Under the pieces are notes generated by a model. The model was given only the letters and a program-made list of their open reading frames with translations, ran no database searches and was not told the DNA's origin. Source: Dehalococcoidia bacterium (GTDB lineage: Bacteria > Chloroflexota > Dehalococcoidia > UBA6926). Taken from it: DNA of 64,000 nt. Positions 1-10,004 of the stretch are shown here, in pieces. A program made the translations under genes and the position numbers. Within the stretch, counting starts at the first letter, position 1; every line of letters starts with the position of its first letter. The stretch spans positions 160,001 to 224,000 of the forward strand of contig CAXXET010000007.1 in NCBI GenBank assembly GCA_963666115.2, given 5' to 3'.

Positions 1-1250
1 AGCACTTGCTCCATGTTCGCGTTGGCGACGCGCGTAATGCCCAGGGCGGCCTGTTTTGGCGTCATGCCGAGCTGCCCGCCAATGCCCTCCATCGCCGCCT
101 CCGCAGCATTCCCGTCCAGCGTCAGCCGCCCTGCAAGCGGCCTGTCCGCCGGAAGCCTGCCAAGCGTGATATTCGCGTCCGTCACCGTCGGGCCGCCGCC
201 CCGTCCGTACGCGGCAGGCCCCGGCTCCGCCCCCGCGGACTGCGGCCCCACAGCCAGCGCGCCCCCCGCGTCCACGCTTGCAAGTGATCCGCCGCCCGCC
301 CCCACCGTGTGAATATCGACAATCGGAACACGCAGCGGATATCCGCCGATGCTGCCCTCGGACGTGCGCTGAACCTCCCCGTCGCACAGCGAAACGTCCG
401 TGGACGTGCCGCCCATGTCCAGCGTGATGATCCGGTCGAACCCCGCCGCCCGCGCCACCTCGAACGCCCCGACCACGCCCCCCGCCGGCCCGCTCAGCAG
501 CGTCTCCACCGGGAAGCTGCGCGCCTGCCCAATGGTCATGCTCCCGCCGTTCGACGACATGATCCGCACCGTCGAATCCACTGATTTGTCAATTCGTGAC
601 AGGTACGACTGCATAACGGGCGCGACGTAGGCGTTCAGCACGGTCGTCGTCGTTCGTTCATACTCCCGGAACTCCGGCACGACGTCGCTTGACAGTGAGA
701 TCGGAATATCGGCGTGCAAACGCCGCCGCAGGGCATCCCGAACGGCCTGCTCATGCTCAGGACGCAGGAAGGAGAAGAGCAGCGCAACCGCCACCGACTC
801 CGCTCCGGACGCCGCAATTGCCGCAGCAAGCGCGTCAAGCTCTGCCGCATCCGGCTCCCTTAAAACCTCCCCCTCAGCCGTCACGCGCTCATCCACGTCA
901 AAGCGCAGTTCGCGCGGAACAAGGGGGGCGGGGCGAGTGACGCTCAGGCTGTACAGGTCGTCCCGTGCCTGCCTCCCAATCTCGATCACGCCCGCCATGC
1001 CCCGCGTCGCAACAAGCGCCGTCCGCGCCCCGCGCCGCTCCAGCGCCGCGTTCGTGCCAACGGTGCTGCCGTGAACGACCTCATCGTTCTTTTCGCCGTC
1101 CCCGCCGATCTCCCGCGCGCCGGCAAGAAACGATTGGGCAGGGTTTGCGGGCGTCGACGGAACCTTGATCAGGCGAATGGAGCCGTCGTCATCGAGACGG
1201 ATGATGTCCGTGAACGTCCCGCCCGTGTCGATCCCAATCAGTGGTGCCAT
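1..1250 (-). CDS. Hydantoinase/oxoprolinase family protein (subunit A type), runs off the window start
   Basis: Manual translation from ATG at 1250 gives MAPLIGIDTGGTFTD...KVPSTP...VHGSTVGTNAALERRGARTAL, and later DMGGTSTDV, IHTVGAGGGS and GPACYG. It is absent from the ORF track because there is no stop codon inside the window. Confidence 0.9.
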   Translation of the reverse strand, partial: MAPLIGIDTGGTFTDIIRLDDDGSIRLIKVPSTPANPAQSFLAGAREIGGDGEKNDEVVHGSTVGTNAALERRGARTALVATRGMAGVIEIGRQARDDLYSLSVTRPAPLVPRELRFDVDERVTAEGEVLREPDAAELDALAAAIAASGAESVAVALLFSFLRPEHEQAVRDALRRRLHADIPISLSSDVVPEFREYERTTTTVLNAYVAPVMQSYLSRIDKSVDSTVRIMSSNGGSMTIGQARSFPVETLLSGPAGGVVGAFEVARAAGFDRIITLDMGGTSTDVSLCDGEVQRTSEGSIGGYPLRVPIVDIHTVGAGGGSLASVDAGGALAVGPQSAGAEPGPAAYGRGGGPTVTDANITLGRLPADRPLAGRLTLDGNAAEAAMEGIGGQLGMTPKQAALGITRVANANMEQV

Positions 1251-1633
1251 TCATTATCACCGGACTCCACCAGCAGCGGCGCCTCCTGAGCGATACTCCC
1301 GTCCACCACGGCCTGCACCAGGTACAACCCGTCATTCTCGGCCTGTATGCCGAGGCTCATGAAGAACTGGTGGCCCTGGATCGGCAGCAGGTTCGCCATG
1401 ATCGGCTCGCTGCGGACGATCTCCATGCCGTTCGGATCGAGCACGCGCAGGATGAGTTCATGCGATCCCTCGCCGTGCAGGCGGCAGTAGATGGAGAACT
1501 GGAACGCCATCGGAAACTGTTGCGCCCCAACCGTGTCGAAGATGCCGATGACGTGCGCCCGCCCGCGTTCATCGCGAAAAGAATCCTGCCCCAGCAGCAG
1601 GGCGGTGACGCGGACGGCGGTGGATTCAGTCAT
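1238..1633 (-). CDS. DUF6941-like small beta-sandwich protein
   Basis: LLLGQDSFRDERGRAHVIGIFDTV...FP N-terminal pattern; the stop overlaps the hydantoinase start. Start trimmed to ATG 1633. Confidence 0.6.
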   Translation of the reverse strand: MTESTAVRVTALLLGQDSFRDERGRAHVIGIFDTVGAQQFPMAFQFSIYCRLHGEGSHELILRVLDPNGMEIVRSEPIMANLLPIQGHQFFMSLGIQAENDGLYLVQAVVDGSIAQEAPLLVESGDNEWHH

Positions 1634-1658
1634 CGGCGCAAAAAACCACGGGGAGCGG

Positions 1659-2324
1659 TCACGCCCCGCGCCTGGCCGGGCACCACGCATTGTGTTCCGT
1701 CATCACGTCGTCCCAACTCTCAAAGCCGACGTGCAACTGCAGAAGATGCCCGCACTTCTCGCAGTCCTTGTGCTCAAACGTCTCGAACGGATCAACGTCC
1801 GCCCCCATCATCGCCTGCGAGGCCAACTCCACCAGCGACGACAGCCGCTCGACGGTCAGATCGACCATCCCCTGGAACGTGCCAGGCGGCTTGGGCGCTT
1901 GGATCGTGTCCAGCGAAAACCGTGCCGCCAGCACCAGGTGGTCGTGTCCAAGTCGCGGCAGCACGTTGCCTTGGATTGCCACCCCCTGCGCCGCCCGCGC
2001 CTCGATCGGCGGCTCGATCTCCAACTCCCGCGTCACCGTATTCATCAGCGCGATATACAGCGCGGTGCGTAGGCCGGCCCCGTCCAGCCCCGCCGGCAGC
2101 GCAGCCGCCGCGCCATCCCCGCTAAGCGGCGCGTCCCCGTTGCCGATGGCCGTATACACCGCGTCGCCCAGCGCCAGCAGCGCCCCCTGCTCCATCGGCT
2201 CAATGGCCGAAACAAGCCGCATGTCGTCGTCGGTCATTTCGGCGAGTTCGCCCAGGAACTGCTGAAAGTAGCGCCGCGCGGCGGGCGTCGGCCCCAACAG
2301 CGCCGAACGGGACGATGACGTCAT
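1659..2324 (-). CDS. Hypothetical protein with C-terminal CxxC...H...C putative zinc site
   Basis: Long ORF in the same direction as its neighbours; ends HKDCEKCGHLLQLH...EHNAWC. Start set at ATG 2324. Confidence 0.6.
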   Translation of the reverse strand: MTSSSRSALLGPTPAARRYFQQFLGELAEMTDDDMRLVSAIEPMEQGALLALGDAVYTAIGNGDAPLSGDGAAAALPAGLDGAGLRTALYIALMNTVTRELEIEPPIEARAAQGVAIQGNVLPRLGHDHLVLAARFSLDTIQAPKPPGTFQGMVDLTVERLSSLVELASQAMMGADVDPFETFEHKDCEKCGHLLQLHVGFESWDDVMTEHNAWCPARRGA

Positions 2325-2399
2325 GCACTGAACTCCAAGGACAATCGCTATCGTGATCAGGTTGGTCGTTAGTAGTGTAGCACTGGGGCAGGGCAAAGC

Positions 2400-3647
2400 T
2401 CAGGTTCGCGCCCCCTGCGGCGTGTTCAGCCGCCCCGGCCCCGTCTCCGGCAGCAAGATTCCCGCGATGAACAGCGTGAACGATGTCGCGGCGATGACCC
2501 CAATGCCGATCAGGAAACTCCCCGTCTCATCGATGAGGAATCCCGCGATGATCGGCCCAATGAAGCTGGACGCGTTGCCCGCCGTCAGGATTGCCGCCCA
2601 GATCGCCACCGCGCGCTCCGGCGATGATCCCGGCAGTTCGATGGGGATGGTGAACAGCGACGGCTCATATAACCAGTGCAGGAAGCCGGTCACGATGACG
2701 GCCGTTAGCAGCAGTATCCCGACGGGCGCGTAGATGGTGGTCATTCCCGCCGCGCCCAGTATTAGTCCGGACCAGATGATGACCGGCCGCCTCTTCCCGA
2801 TGAATGTCGCGATGGCCCCTCCAATGACGTTGGCCGGCGCCCCCGCCAGTGAGAAGATGCCCGCCATCAGCCCCGCCATCGCCAGGCTCAGCCCGAGCTC
2901 CTCCTCGTAGAAGGTTGGCAGCCACGTGTTCAGCGTGATGAACTGCGCCCACGGGCCAATCACGGCGAAAGACATCAGCCACGTTTCGCGCCGCCGGAAA
3001 ACGCTCAGAATCGCGCCGATCTTCACCGGCTCCGGCGGCGCGCCGCCCAGCGCCTCCCGCTCCCGCCACAGAAACACGAACAGCACGGCCCCAGCCGCCG
3101 TGATGACCCCCTCCATGCCAATCGCCCACTCCCAGGTTGTCCAGTCCGCCAACACCGGCCCCATGTACTGCGCAACCGCCAGTCCCACGGTTATCGAGGC
3201 GAGCGCGACGGCGTTCGCGATTGGCACTTCTCGCGGCGGCGCCCACCGCATGATGATGGCCGCCGTGAGCGGCGTGATGGCCGCCGCCCCGATTCCCTGC
3301 ACCGAGCGCAGGGCGATGAACCACCAGAATCCCGGCAGAAACGGCGTCAACGCCGTGACCCCCAGCAGCGCCCAGCCGATGCCGTACACCGCGCGGATAT
3401 TCCATCGTGAGAGAATGATTGAGGCCGGGATGGTTCCGAGGGTGAACACCAGCGTGATGCTCGTGACCACAAAGCCGCCCTGCGACTTGCTCAGGTCCCA
3501 CGACTCCGTGATGAGCGGCAGAACCGACGCCGGGGCAAGGAACGCGATCCCCAGCATGAAGTGCATGAGGACGACAAGCGCATAGATGACGAAGCGATAA
3601 GCGGGAGCTTTGCTGGTCTCAGTTCCGGGGGTGTCGGTGTCAAGCAT
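2400..3647 (-). CDS. MFS transporter
   Basis: About 12 hydrophobic segments; LRSVQGIG motif and a WAPPREVPIANA loop. Confidence 0.9.
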   Translation of the reverse strand: MLDTDTPGTETSKAPAYRFVIYALVVLMHFMLGIAFLAPASVLPLITESWDLSKSQGGFVVTSITLVFTLGTIPASIILSRWNIRAVYGIGWALLGVTALTPFLPGFWWFIALRSVQGIGAAAITPLTAAIIMRWAPPREVPIANAVALASITVGLAVAQYMGPVLADWTTWEWAIGMEGVITAAGAVLFVFLWREREALGGAPPEPVKIGAILSVFRRRETWLMSFAVIGPWAQFITLNTWLPTFYEEELGLSLAMAGLMAGIFSLAGAPANVIGGAIATFIGKRRPVIIWSGLILGAAGMTTIYAPVGILLLTAVIVTGFLHWLYEPSLFTIPIELPGSSPERAVAIWAAILTAGNASSFIGPIIAGFLIDETGSFLIGIGVIAATSFTLFIAGILLPETGPGRLNTPQGART

Positions 3648-3715
3648 TAGTGCAACTATAGCGGGTGGACGCGCTGAGTGGACGCCCGCAGGCGGGAGCA
3701 GGGAGCGAATCTGAC

Positions 3716-4186
3716 ATGCAGCCGAACTCGTGGGTATTTGCCACAATCGTCATCCTCGCTGTCTTCATCATCATCCTCACCGGCAACCTCTACATCACGC
3801 TCCTCATCGGGCTGCCGGTCCTCTTCACCGTCGGCCTCATCATCCTCTTTCGCCGTACCCGGCCCGAACCGCCGCCCGCCCCCCTGCCCGCCGGCCCCCT
3901 TCTCGAACCCGCCGAACTGGAAGGCCGCATCGACCGCATGGCCATGGAAGACGTCGAAGCCGAAGATTCCGGCTCGGGACTCTTCTCCAACAAGCCGCGC
4001 TATAACTCAGTCCTCGTCATCATCATCAGCGGAATCCGCTACCGGCTGGACCCCGCCCCCATGCGAAGAGGCGGCTACGATTGGATGAAAGAAGGCATGT
4101 GGGTCAAAGCCACCTTCGACCGCCAAACCCGCGTCATCTATGAAATCCAACAAGCCCCCGGCCCGCGTGGCTACGGAGACCGCTAA
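3716..4186 (+). CDS. Hypothetical membrane protein (2 TM plus small beta domain)
   Basis: Two N-terminal hydrophobic helices and a Pro-rich linker; divergent from the MFS gene. Confidence 0.6.
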   Translation: MQPNSWVFATIVILAVFIIILTGNLYITLLIGLPVLFTVGLIILFRRTRPEPPPAPLPAGPLLEPAELEGRIDRMAMEDVEAEDSGSGLFSNKPRYNSVLVIIISGIRYRLDPAPMRRGGYDWMKEGMWVKATFDRQTRVIYEIQQAPGPRGYGDR

Positions 4187-4197
4187 CGGCGCCCCCC

Positions 4198-5082
4198 TCA
4201 CTCATACCAGCCGGAGCCGAACACGTAGCCATCGTGGTGGATCGCCCACACGTGCTTGACCTCGTCCTCGCCTGTTTCCGGGTTTAGGAAGCGGATCTGT
4301 ATCCACTTGCCTTCTTCGCCGGCGCTCAGCAGATCGTCGCCGTAGAAGTAGCCTGTTGAGTCGATGCGTTCGGATGGGTCGCGCTGGCGTATCTCCGGGC
4401 GGAAATGACCCACCGTCCGCCCCGTGCTCGCGTCGATGATGAACACGTACCACGGCCCGTCCACATTCTCCCGGCTGTTGTAGTAGTCGATCGTCACGTC
4501 GAACCCGGGCGCGTCGTACAGGATCAGCGCCTTCTCCACCAGCCACTGCGTGTACGCCTCATGATTCGACTTGCGCGGCAAATCCTCGTGCCAGCCTGAG
4601 CCGAACAACAGCCCGTCGTGCGTGATCAGCCACGCGTGCTTCATCTGCATCCGGCCGTTGGACGGATTCAGGGACTCATAGCGCACCCACACGCCGTCCT
4701 CGCTTGCCGCATCCAGTACCATCTGCCCGGACGGATACTCGTTGGTGGTTCGAACCTCGGAAAGATGCACCCCCTGGAAATCCACCTCCGGGCTCGGGTG
4801 GGCGATGAGCGTCCCGCCCTCATCCGCGATGAACACGTAATACTGCCCGTCGAAGCTCTCCACAGACCTGTAATGGGCAAGCGTGTCCTCCAGCCCGTCC
4901 GCCTCATAACGGTCAATGGCCCGTTGCACGAACGCCTGCGTGTACGCCGCCTGATCGCTCCGGCGCGCCTCAGCCGACGGCGCCCGCCCATCCTGCCTCT
5001 CCGGCGCCGCGCACGCCAACGCCGCCGCCGCGACCACCGCCACAGCCACCAGAACTGCCGCCGTCACGACACGACCCATCAT
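4198..5082 (-). CDS. Secreted lipoprotein with two Cache-like domains
   Basis: Signal peptide ending in lipobox ALAC; two repeats of YVFI.D..G..(I/V).H and G.W......NP..G....KH.W...HDG..FGSGW. ATG overlaps the stop of the upstream permease. Confidence 0.8.
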   Translation of the reverse strand: MMGRVVTAAVLVAVAVVAAAALACAAPERQDGRAPSAEARRSDQAAYTQAFVQRAIDRYEADGLEDTLAHYRSVESFDGQYYVFIADEGGTLIAHPSPEVDFQGVHLSEVRTTNEYPSGQMVLDAASEDGVWVRYESLNPSNGRMQMKHAWLITHDGLLFGSGWHEDLPRKSNHEAYTQWLVEKALILYDAPGFDVTIDYYNSRENVDGPWYVFIIDASTGRTVGHFRPEIRQRDPSERIDSTGYFYGDDLLSAGEEGKWIQIRFLNPETGEDEVKHVWAIHHDGYVFGSGWYE

Positions 5083-5852
5083 CGAATCAACCGCGCCTTC
5101 ATTCGCGCTACCGCCAGGTAGTAGAAACCCGTGCCCAGCACGACCAGGTACAACAGCGACCACACGCTCGTCATCGTCAGCGTCCCGTTGACGAGCTCCC
5201 TGATCGTTGCCACGTACGGCGTCAGCGGGATGATCCATGCCAGCTCCCGCACGATGTCCGGGTACCGCTCCAGCGGGAAGAAGACGCCGCCGAAGAAATA
5301 CATCGGCATCACGCCCAGCGTGATCGCGTAGTTGAACGTCCAGAACGACGGCGCGTGCGCGGTGACAAGCAGCGCCATCGACGAGAACAGGATTCCCGCG
5401 AAGAACGCGAGCGGCGGGATTAGTATGGCAAACGGCGACTCAACGAATCCCATCACCGCCAGCACGAACATGATCACCGTCGCGCTGAAGAAGGAGCGCG
5501 TCGCGCCCCATAAGACCTCGCCCGTGATCACATCCTCAATCGATAACGGCGTGGCGATCATCGCCTCGTACAGCCCGCGTATGGCCATGCGCGTATAGGA
5601 GCCATAGGTGCACTCGAAGAACGCCCCAAAGAGTGAATACCCGCCGATGATCCCCGGCCCGATGAACTGCACGTAGCTAACCTCGCCGCCCAGCGAGACG
5701 TACGCGCCCAGACCGAGTCCCATCGCCCCCAGCACCACCAGCGGCTCCACGAACAGCGGCCCCACCTCCGCCAGCGCAAAGCGCCTGAAGACCGTCCAAT
5801 TCCGCCGCCAGACGCGGAAGCCGAACGGAACGCGGTCCGGCGTCAGTATCAC
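5079..5852 (-). CDS. ABC-2 type exporter permease (NodJ-like)
   Basis: Six TM segments; YVQFIGPG, YEAMIATPL and FFGGVFFPL motifs. Confidence 0.88.
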   Translation of the reverse strand: MILTPDRVPFGFRVWRRNWTVFRRFALAEVGPLFVEPLVVLGAMGLGLGAYVSLGGEVSYVQFIGPGIIGGYSLFGAFFECTYGSYTRMAIRGLYEAMIATPLSIEDVITGEVLWGATRSFFSATVIMFVLAVMGFVESPFAILIPPLAFFAGILFSSMALLVTAHAPSFWTFNYAITLGVMPMYFFGGVFFPLERYPDIVRELAWIIPLTPYVATIRELVNGTLTMTSVWSLLYLVVLGTGFYYLAVARMKARLIR

Positions 5853-5854
5853 GG

Positions 5855-6775
5855 CTACTCCTCCAGCCCGCGCCCCGTGAGGCGCAGGAAAACGTCTTCA
5901 AGATTGGCGGGGCGTGAATAGATCTGGGCGCCCGGCACGGTGGATTCAGCAACATCAGCGCCGTTGAGGCCGAACGCGTGCACCGTGTCCGGCGTCTGCT
6001 CGATTTCCGCGCCGGCGTCACGCAGATGGTCGGCGATGCGGTCAAGCGCGGCGACGTCCAATGAATGCGCCTCGATGACCGTCTCGCCCGCAATGCGCCG
6101 GATGAGTTCCTGGGGTGTGCCCTCCGCGAGAATCTGTCCTTCGTGCATCACGATGAGCCGGTCACAGAGCGTCGCCGCCTCGTCCATGTAGTGTGTGGTG
6201 AGCAGCATCGTCACACCCTGGTCTTTAAGGCGGCGCAGCGTGCGCCACACGAGGTGCCGCGCCTGCGGGTCCAGCCCCGTCGTCGGCTCGTCCAGCACGA
6301 TGATCGACGGCTCGTTGATCAGCCCCCGCGCAATGAGCAGCCGACGCTTCATCCCGCCCGAAAGCTCATCCACTTTTGAACCCGCCCGATCCATCAACTG
6401 GAAGAGTTCAAGGGCGGTCGTTGCGCGCGCGTTGGCCTCCTCTGCGCCGATGCCGAAATACCCGGCATACAGCCGCAGGTTGTCGATCACGGTGATTTCA
6501 TCATCCAGGTTATCGCCCTGAGGCACGACGCCGATGACGGACTTGACCGCCCGCGCCTCCGTCTGCACAGACAGGCCGTTCACCAGCAGGCTGCCGGACG
6601 TGACGGGCGAGGCGCACGTGATCATGCGCATGGTGCTCGTCTTGCCCGCGCCGTTCGGCCCCAGGAAACCGAAGCACTCCCCCGGCCTCACTTCGAAATC
6701 AATGCCGCGCACAGCGACGAGATCGCCGAATTCCTTGACCAGCTTCTTTGCGACGACGGGCTTAACCTCAACCAT
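5855..6775 (-). CDS. ABC exporter ATP-binding protein (NodI/DrrA-like)
   Basis: Walker A GPNGAGKT, signature LSGGMKRR, Walker B IVLDEPTTGLDP, C-terminal LEDVFLRLTG. Confidence 0.93.
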   Translation of the reverse strand: MVEVKPVVAKKLVKEFGDLVAVRGIDFEVRPGECFGFLGPNGAGKTSTMRMITCASPVTSGSLLVNGLSVQTEARAVKSVIGVVPQGDNLDDEITVIDNLRLYAGYFGIGAEEANARATTALELFQLMDRAGSKVDELSGGMKRRLLIARGLINEPSIIVLDEPTTGLDPQARHLVWRTLRRLKDQGVTMLLTTHYMDEAATLCDRLIVMHEGQILAEGTPQELIRRIAGETVIEAHSLDVAALDRIADHLRDAGAEIEQTPDTVHAFGLNGADVAESTVPGAQIYSRPANLEDVFLRLTGRGLEE

Positions 6776-6819
6776 GTCGCCACAAGCGTAGCATGCGCCC
6801 CTAGGTCATTAAGCGCGGA

Positions 6820-7746
6820 CTAATCCATATCCTCCCGCGCCGCCCCGCGCGCCTTCCCCAACTCCCCCCGGTCATGCGCCCGCACCAGCGCATCGAACTC
6901 CGGCGGGTCCTCATCATCGGATATATCCCGCGCCGGCGGGCCGCCGAGGCCGCTGTCCACCAGTTCATGGCTGCTGCGAACATAGCCCCGAAAATCGGAT
7001 GCGCCTGACGGCGGGAACGATGGCCGCCCCTTCTGCGACGGATGCTGATAAACCTCGCCGATGATCACCTGCACGCCCTCCGCCGGATGATCCCGCAGGA
7101 ACGCGGCCTCATACCGGTTGCCGGCGTCCATGAGCGAGATGATCCGTTGCGCAAGACGCGGGTGGACGCGCCCGACGGGTTCCCCCCGGCAGGAATGAAC
7201 CAGCAGCCTGTTTCCCTCCTGGCTGAGCGTCAACGCCTCGCCGCTGCTCAGGTGCCCGACTGCAGTGCGGTCGGTCGCATCGACCAGGGTTACGATTGTG
7301 CTCTTGCCCGCCTCGCTCATCAGGAGATGCGAGGACAGGACGTTCCGATTCGGCGCCTCGGATTGCGCCGCGTCTCCGGCCGCATACTCGGCGGCCGTCT
7401 CGCCGATTGCTCCGGCGCCGTTGGGAGCGGGCGCGGATGCGGTGATCGTAGCAGCTACCTCCGCCCGTTCCAGCCGGTCGCGATTCCGGCAGGCGATCGT
7501 GTTCGATGAATTAAGCCGCAGCGCGCCGTCAACCGCGTCCCGCGCCTCCGACAGCTCTCCCAGTTCAAGCAGCGCCTTGGCCAGTCGATTCAGCGCCTCG
7601 ATGTTCCTAGGCGCAATCCGCAGGACGGCCCTGTTGGCCGCAACGGCCTTTCCCCAATCCTGGGCCAGCGCGGACGCAATTGCGGCATCCGTCTGGGTCT
7701 TCACCTCACGGGCTTGGTCGCGTTCATCGATCTGTGTCGTCGCCAT
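6820..7746 (-). CDS. Tetratricopeptide repeat protein
   Basis: W..AV.AN, ALNRLAKALLELG and AL.LN..N.IA TPR pattern, followed by a C-terminal beta domain (IIGEVYQHPSQ). Confidence 0.75.
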   Translation of the reverse strand: MATTQIDERDQAREVKTQTDAAIASALAQDWGKAVAANRAVLRIAPRNIEALNRLAKALLELGELSEARDAVDGALRLNSSNTIACRNRDRLERAEVAATITASAPAPNGAGAIGETAAEYAAGDAAQSEAPNRNVLSSHLLMSEAGKSTIVTLVDATDRTAVGHLSSGEALTLSQEGNRLLVHSCRGEPVGRVHPRLAQRIISLMDAGNRYEAAFLRDHPAEGVQVIIGEVYQHPSQKGRPSFPPSGASDFRGYVRSSHELVDSGLGGPPARDISDDEDPPEFDALVRAHDRGELGKARGAAREDMD

Positions 7747-8016
7747 GTCGGATGTCCTGCCTTTGCGGTCTCTCGTCCCTCGCGATACGCCTCTCAGGCG
7801 CGGGGACAACACGCAAAATGCGACACCACCACGACACGGCAGCCCGACCACACGCCCACAACGGCTCCTAATCCCGCCGCAGACGACGACCGGCCACCGA
7901 GCCCCGATCCCTGCCGCCTCCCCGCGCTACCGGACGGCAGTTTTCAAACTCAGTCCAAAACCTATTGTCTAACACATGTCAACCACACGGGGAGAGGCAG
8001 CCGCATTCCTCCCGCC

Positions 8017-8745
8017 CTAACGTGGCGGTATGTTACGGCCCCCCCGCAGCCTAACCCGCACTATCTCTGCCAGCGTCTGGGGGCCGTGGTGCAGGCGCAC
8101 GGTGCTCATTTCGCCGTAGCGCCACGTGACGGGCATCTCCACCACCCGCATTCCCCACCGCCGCGCCAGGTACAGGATTTCCGCGTCAAACGCGAAACCG
8201 TCCACTCGCTGCGCCCCAAACAGCTGCTCCGCCACCGCCGCCCTGAACGCCTTGAACCCGCACTGCGTATCCGTGACCGACAGCCCCAATATGGCCCGAG
8301 TCGCCCCGCTGACCACCTTGCCGCCGATGCGGCGGCTAATCGGCTCCCCCATGCGTTCCGCCCCCTCGATGGAGCGCGAACCGATGACGATGTCCGCATC
8401 CCGCGTCGCCGCAACGAACGGGCCAATCGTCTCTACCGGCACGGCCAGGTCCACATCCATGAACAGCCGGACGTCGCCTTTCGCCTCCAGCATCCCCCGC
8501 CGAACCGCGTGCCCCTTGCCCCGGTGAGGCAGCGAGAGCAGCCGCACACGCGGCGAATGGCCGGCGAACTCCCGCGTGATGGTCTCCGTGTCGTCCGTGC
8601 TGCCGTCGCTCGTGATGATCAGTTCAGCATCCGGGAAATGGGCATCGAGGTAGGCCGTCGTCTCATCCAGGGCGTCCGGCAGCCGCGCCTCCTCGTTATA
8701 GGCGGGGATGATGACGGACAGCGGGGGCGCGGCCTGGTCAGTCAT
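8017..8745 (-). CDS. Glycosyltransferase family 2 (dolichyl-phosphate beta-glucosyltransferase-like)
   Basis: SVIIPAYNE, DGSTD, GKGHAVRRG, FMDVD, DTQCGFK and GFAFDAE motifs. Confidence 0.92.
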   Translation of the reverse strand: MTDQAAPPLSVIIPAYNEEARLPDALDETTAYLDAHFPDAELIITSDGSTDDTETITREFAGHSPRVRLLSLPHRGKGHAVRRGMLEAKGDVRLFMDVDLAVPVETIGPFVAATRDADIVIGSRSIEGAERMGEPISRRIGGKVVSGATRAILGLSVTDTQCGFKAFRAAVAEQLFGAQRVDGFAFDAEILYLARRWGMRVVEMPVTWRYGEMSTVRLHHGPQTLAEIVRVRLRGGRNIPPR

Positions 8746-8766
8746 GGCGAAACGCCTCGCCCCGCG

Positions 8767-9999
8767 CTACAGCGGGATGTCGTCCGGCGTTTCGAGGCTG
8801 AAGGCACGGTGCAGGGCGCGAACGGCGTCCTCCACGCTGTCCTGGTGGACGACGCACGTGAGGCTGATCTCCGCCGTTGTGATCATCTCGATATTCACGT
8901 CCGCGTCGCGCAGCGCGCGGAACATCGCCCCCGCGTAGCCGGGCGAGTTGGTCAGCCCCGCGCCGACGATGCTCACCTTGGCGAGATGGTCGTCCGCCGT
9001 CACGCCCGCCGCGCCAAGCTCGGCCTGTATCGCCCGCGTCCGCTCCAGGGTCTCCGGCAAATCGTCGCGCGTGACAGTAAACGAGAGATCACTGAGGCCG
9101 TGCTGACCCGCGTTCTGGACGATGATGTCCACGCTGATGCCCGCGTCTGCCAGCGGCGAGAAGACGTGCGCGGCAATGCCGGGACGGTCGGGCACGCCCA
9201 GCAGCGTCACCCGCGCAATGCCCGCGTCATGCGCGATCCCGCGCACCTTGTTGCGATTCTCCATGAGTTCTCCTCCGTGTATGCGGGTGCCGCCGGGGTC
9301 ATCCAGCAGGCTTGAGGCGACAAGAATGGGCACGTCGTACACCCAGCCAAGCTCGACGGCGCGGTTGTGCATGACACGCGCCCCCTCGCTCGCCATCTCC
9401 AACATCTCATCGTAGTTGATGTCCACCAGCCGGCGGGCATCGGGAACGATGCGCGGATCGGCGGTGTAGATGCCGTCCACGTCCGTGTAAATCTCGCAGA
9501 TCGGCGCGCGCAACTCCGCAGCCAACGCGACGGCTGTCGTGTCTGATCCGCCACGCCCCAGCGTCGTTATCTCCATATCGTCCGTCGTGCCCTGGAACCC
9601 CGCCACGATGACGATGTTGCCGCGGCCGATCTCATCCTTGAGACGTTTCGGTTCGATCTGGGTAATCCGCGCGCGGGAAAAATCCGTATCCGTGCGGATG
9701 CCCGCCTGGAATCCGCTCAGGCTGACCGCGCCGAGGCCGAGATCGCGCAGCGCCATCGCCAGCAGCGCGCCCGATACGAGCTCGCCCGTTGACAGCAGGA
9801 GGTCCATCTCGCGGGGCGCGGGATTATGGGAAATGCTGCGGCTCAACCCGATAAGCTGATCCGTTGTCTGCCCCATGGCGGATACGACCACCACGAGGTC
9901 ATCGCCGGCCTCGCGTTCCTTCGCCACCCGTGACGCCACGCGCTTGATGTGGTCGGCGGAGGCGACCGAGCTCCCGCCGTACTTCTGGACGCGGAGCAT
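8767..9999 (-). CDS. lysC: Aspartate kinase
   Basis: VQKYGGSSV, VVVVSAMG, TLGRGGSDTTAV and DVDGIYTADP motifs, plus two ACT domains. Confidence 0.96.
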   Translation of the reverse strand: MLRVQKYGGSSVASADHIKRVASRVAKEREAGDDLVVVVSAMGQTTDQLIGLSRSISHNPAPREMDLLLSTGELVSGALLAMALRDLGLGAVSLSGFQAGIRTDTDFSRARITQIEPKRLKDEIGRGNIVIVAGFQGTTDDMEITTLGRGGSDTTAVALAAELRAPICEIYTDVDGIYTADPRIVPDARRLVDINYDEMLEMASEGARVMHNRAVELGWVYDVPILVASSLLDDPGGTRIHGGELMENRNKVRGIAHDAGIARVTLLGVPDRPGIAAHVFSPLADAGISVDIIVQNAGQHGLSDLSFTVTRDDLPETLERTRAIQAELGAAGVTADDHLAKVSIVGAGLTNSPGYAGAMFRALRDADVNIEMITTAEISLTCVVHQDSVEDAVRALHRAFSLETPDDIPL

Positions 10000-10004
10000 T
10001 GAGT

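Noticed and set aside
7750-7990. Long leader of the TPR gene containing ctctcagg and a TTGACA box
   Set aside because: The riboswitch-like word is on the wrong strand and lacks its 5' half, and no well-spaced -10 box was found.
7714-9315. 533-aa plus-strand ORF, and similar long antisense ORFs at 27002-28444, 39892-41160, 53179-55062 and 56382-58010
   Set aside because: They are shadow frames of well-supported genes in high-GC DNA, with no recognisable motifs.
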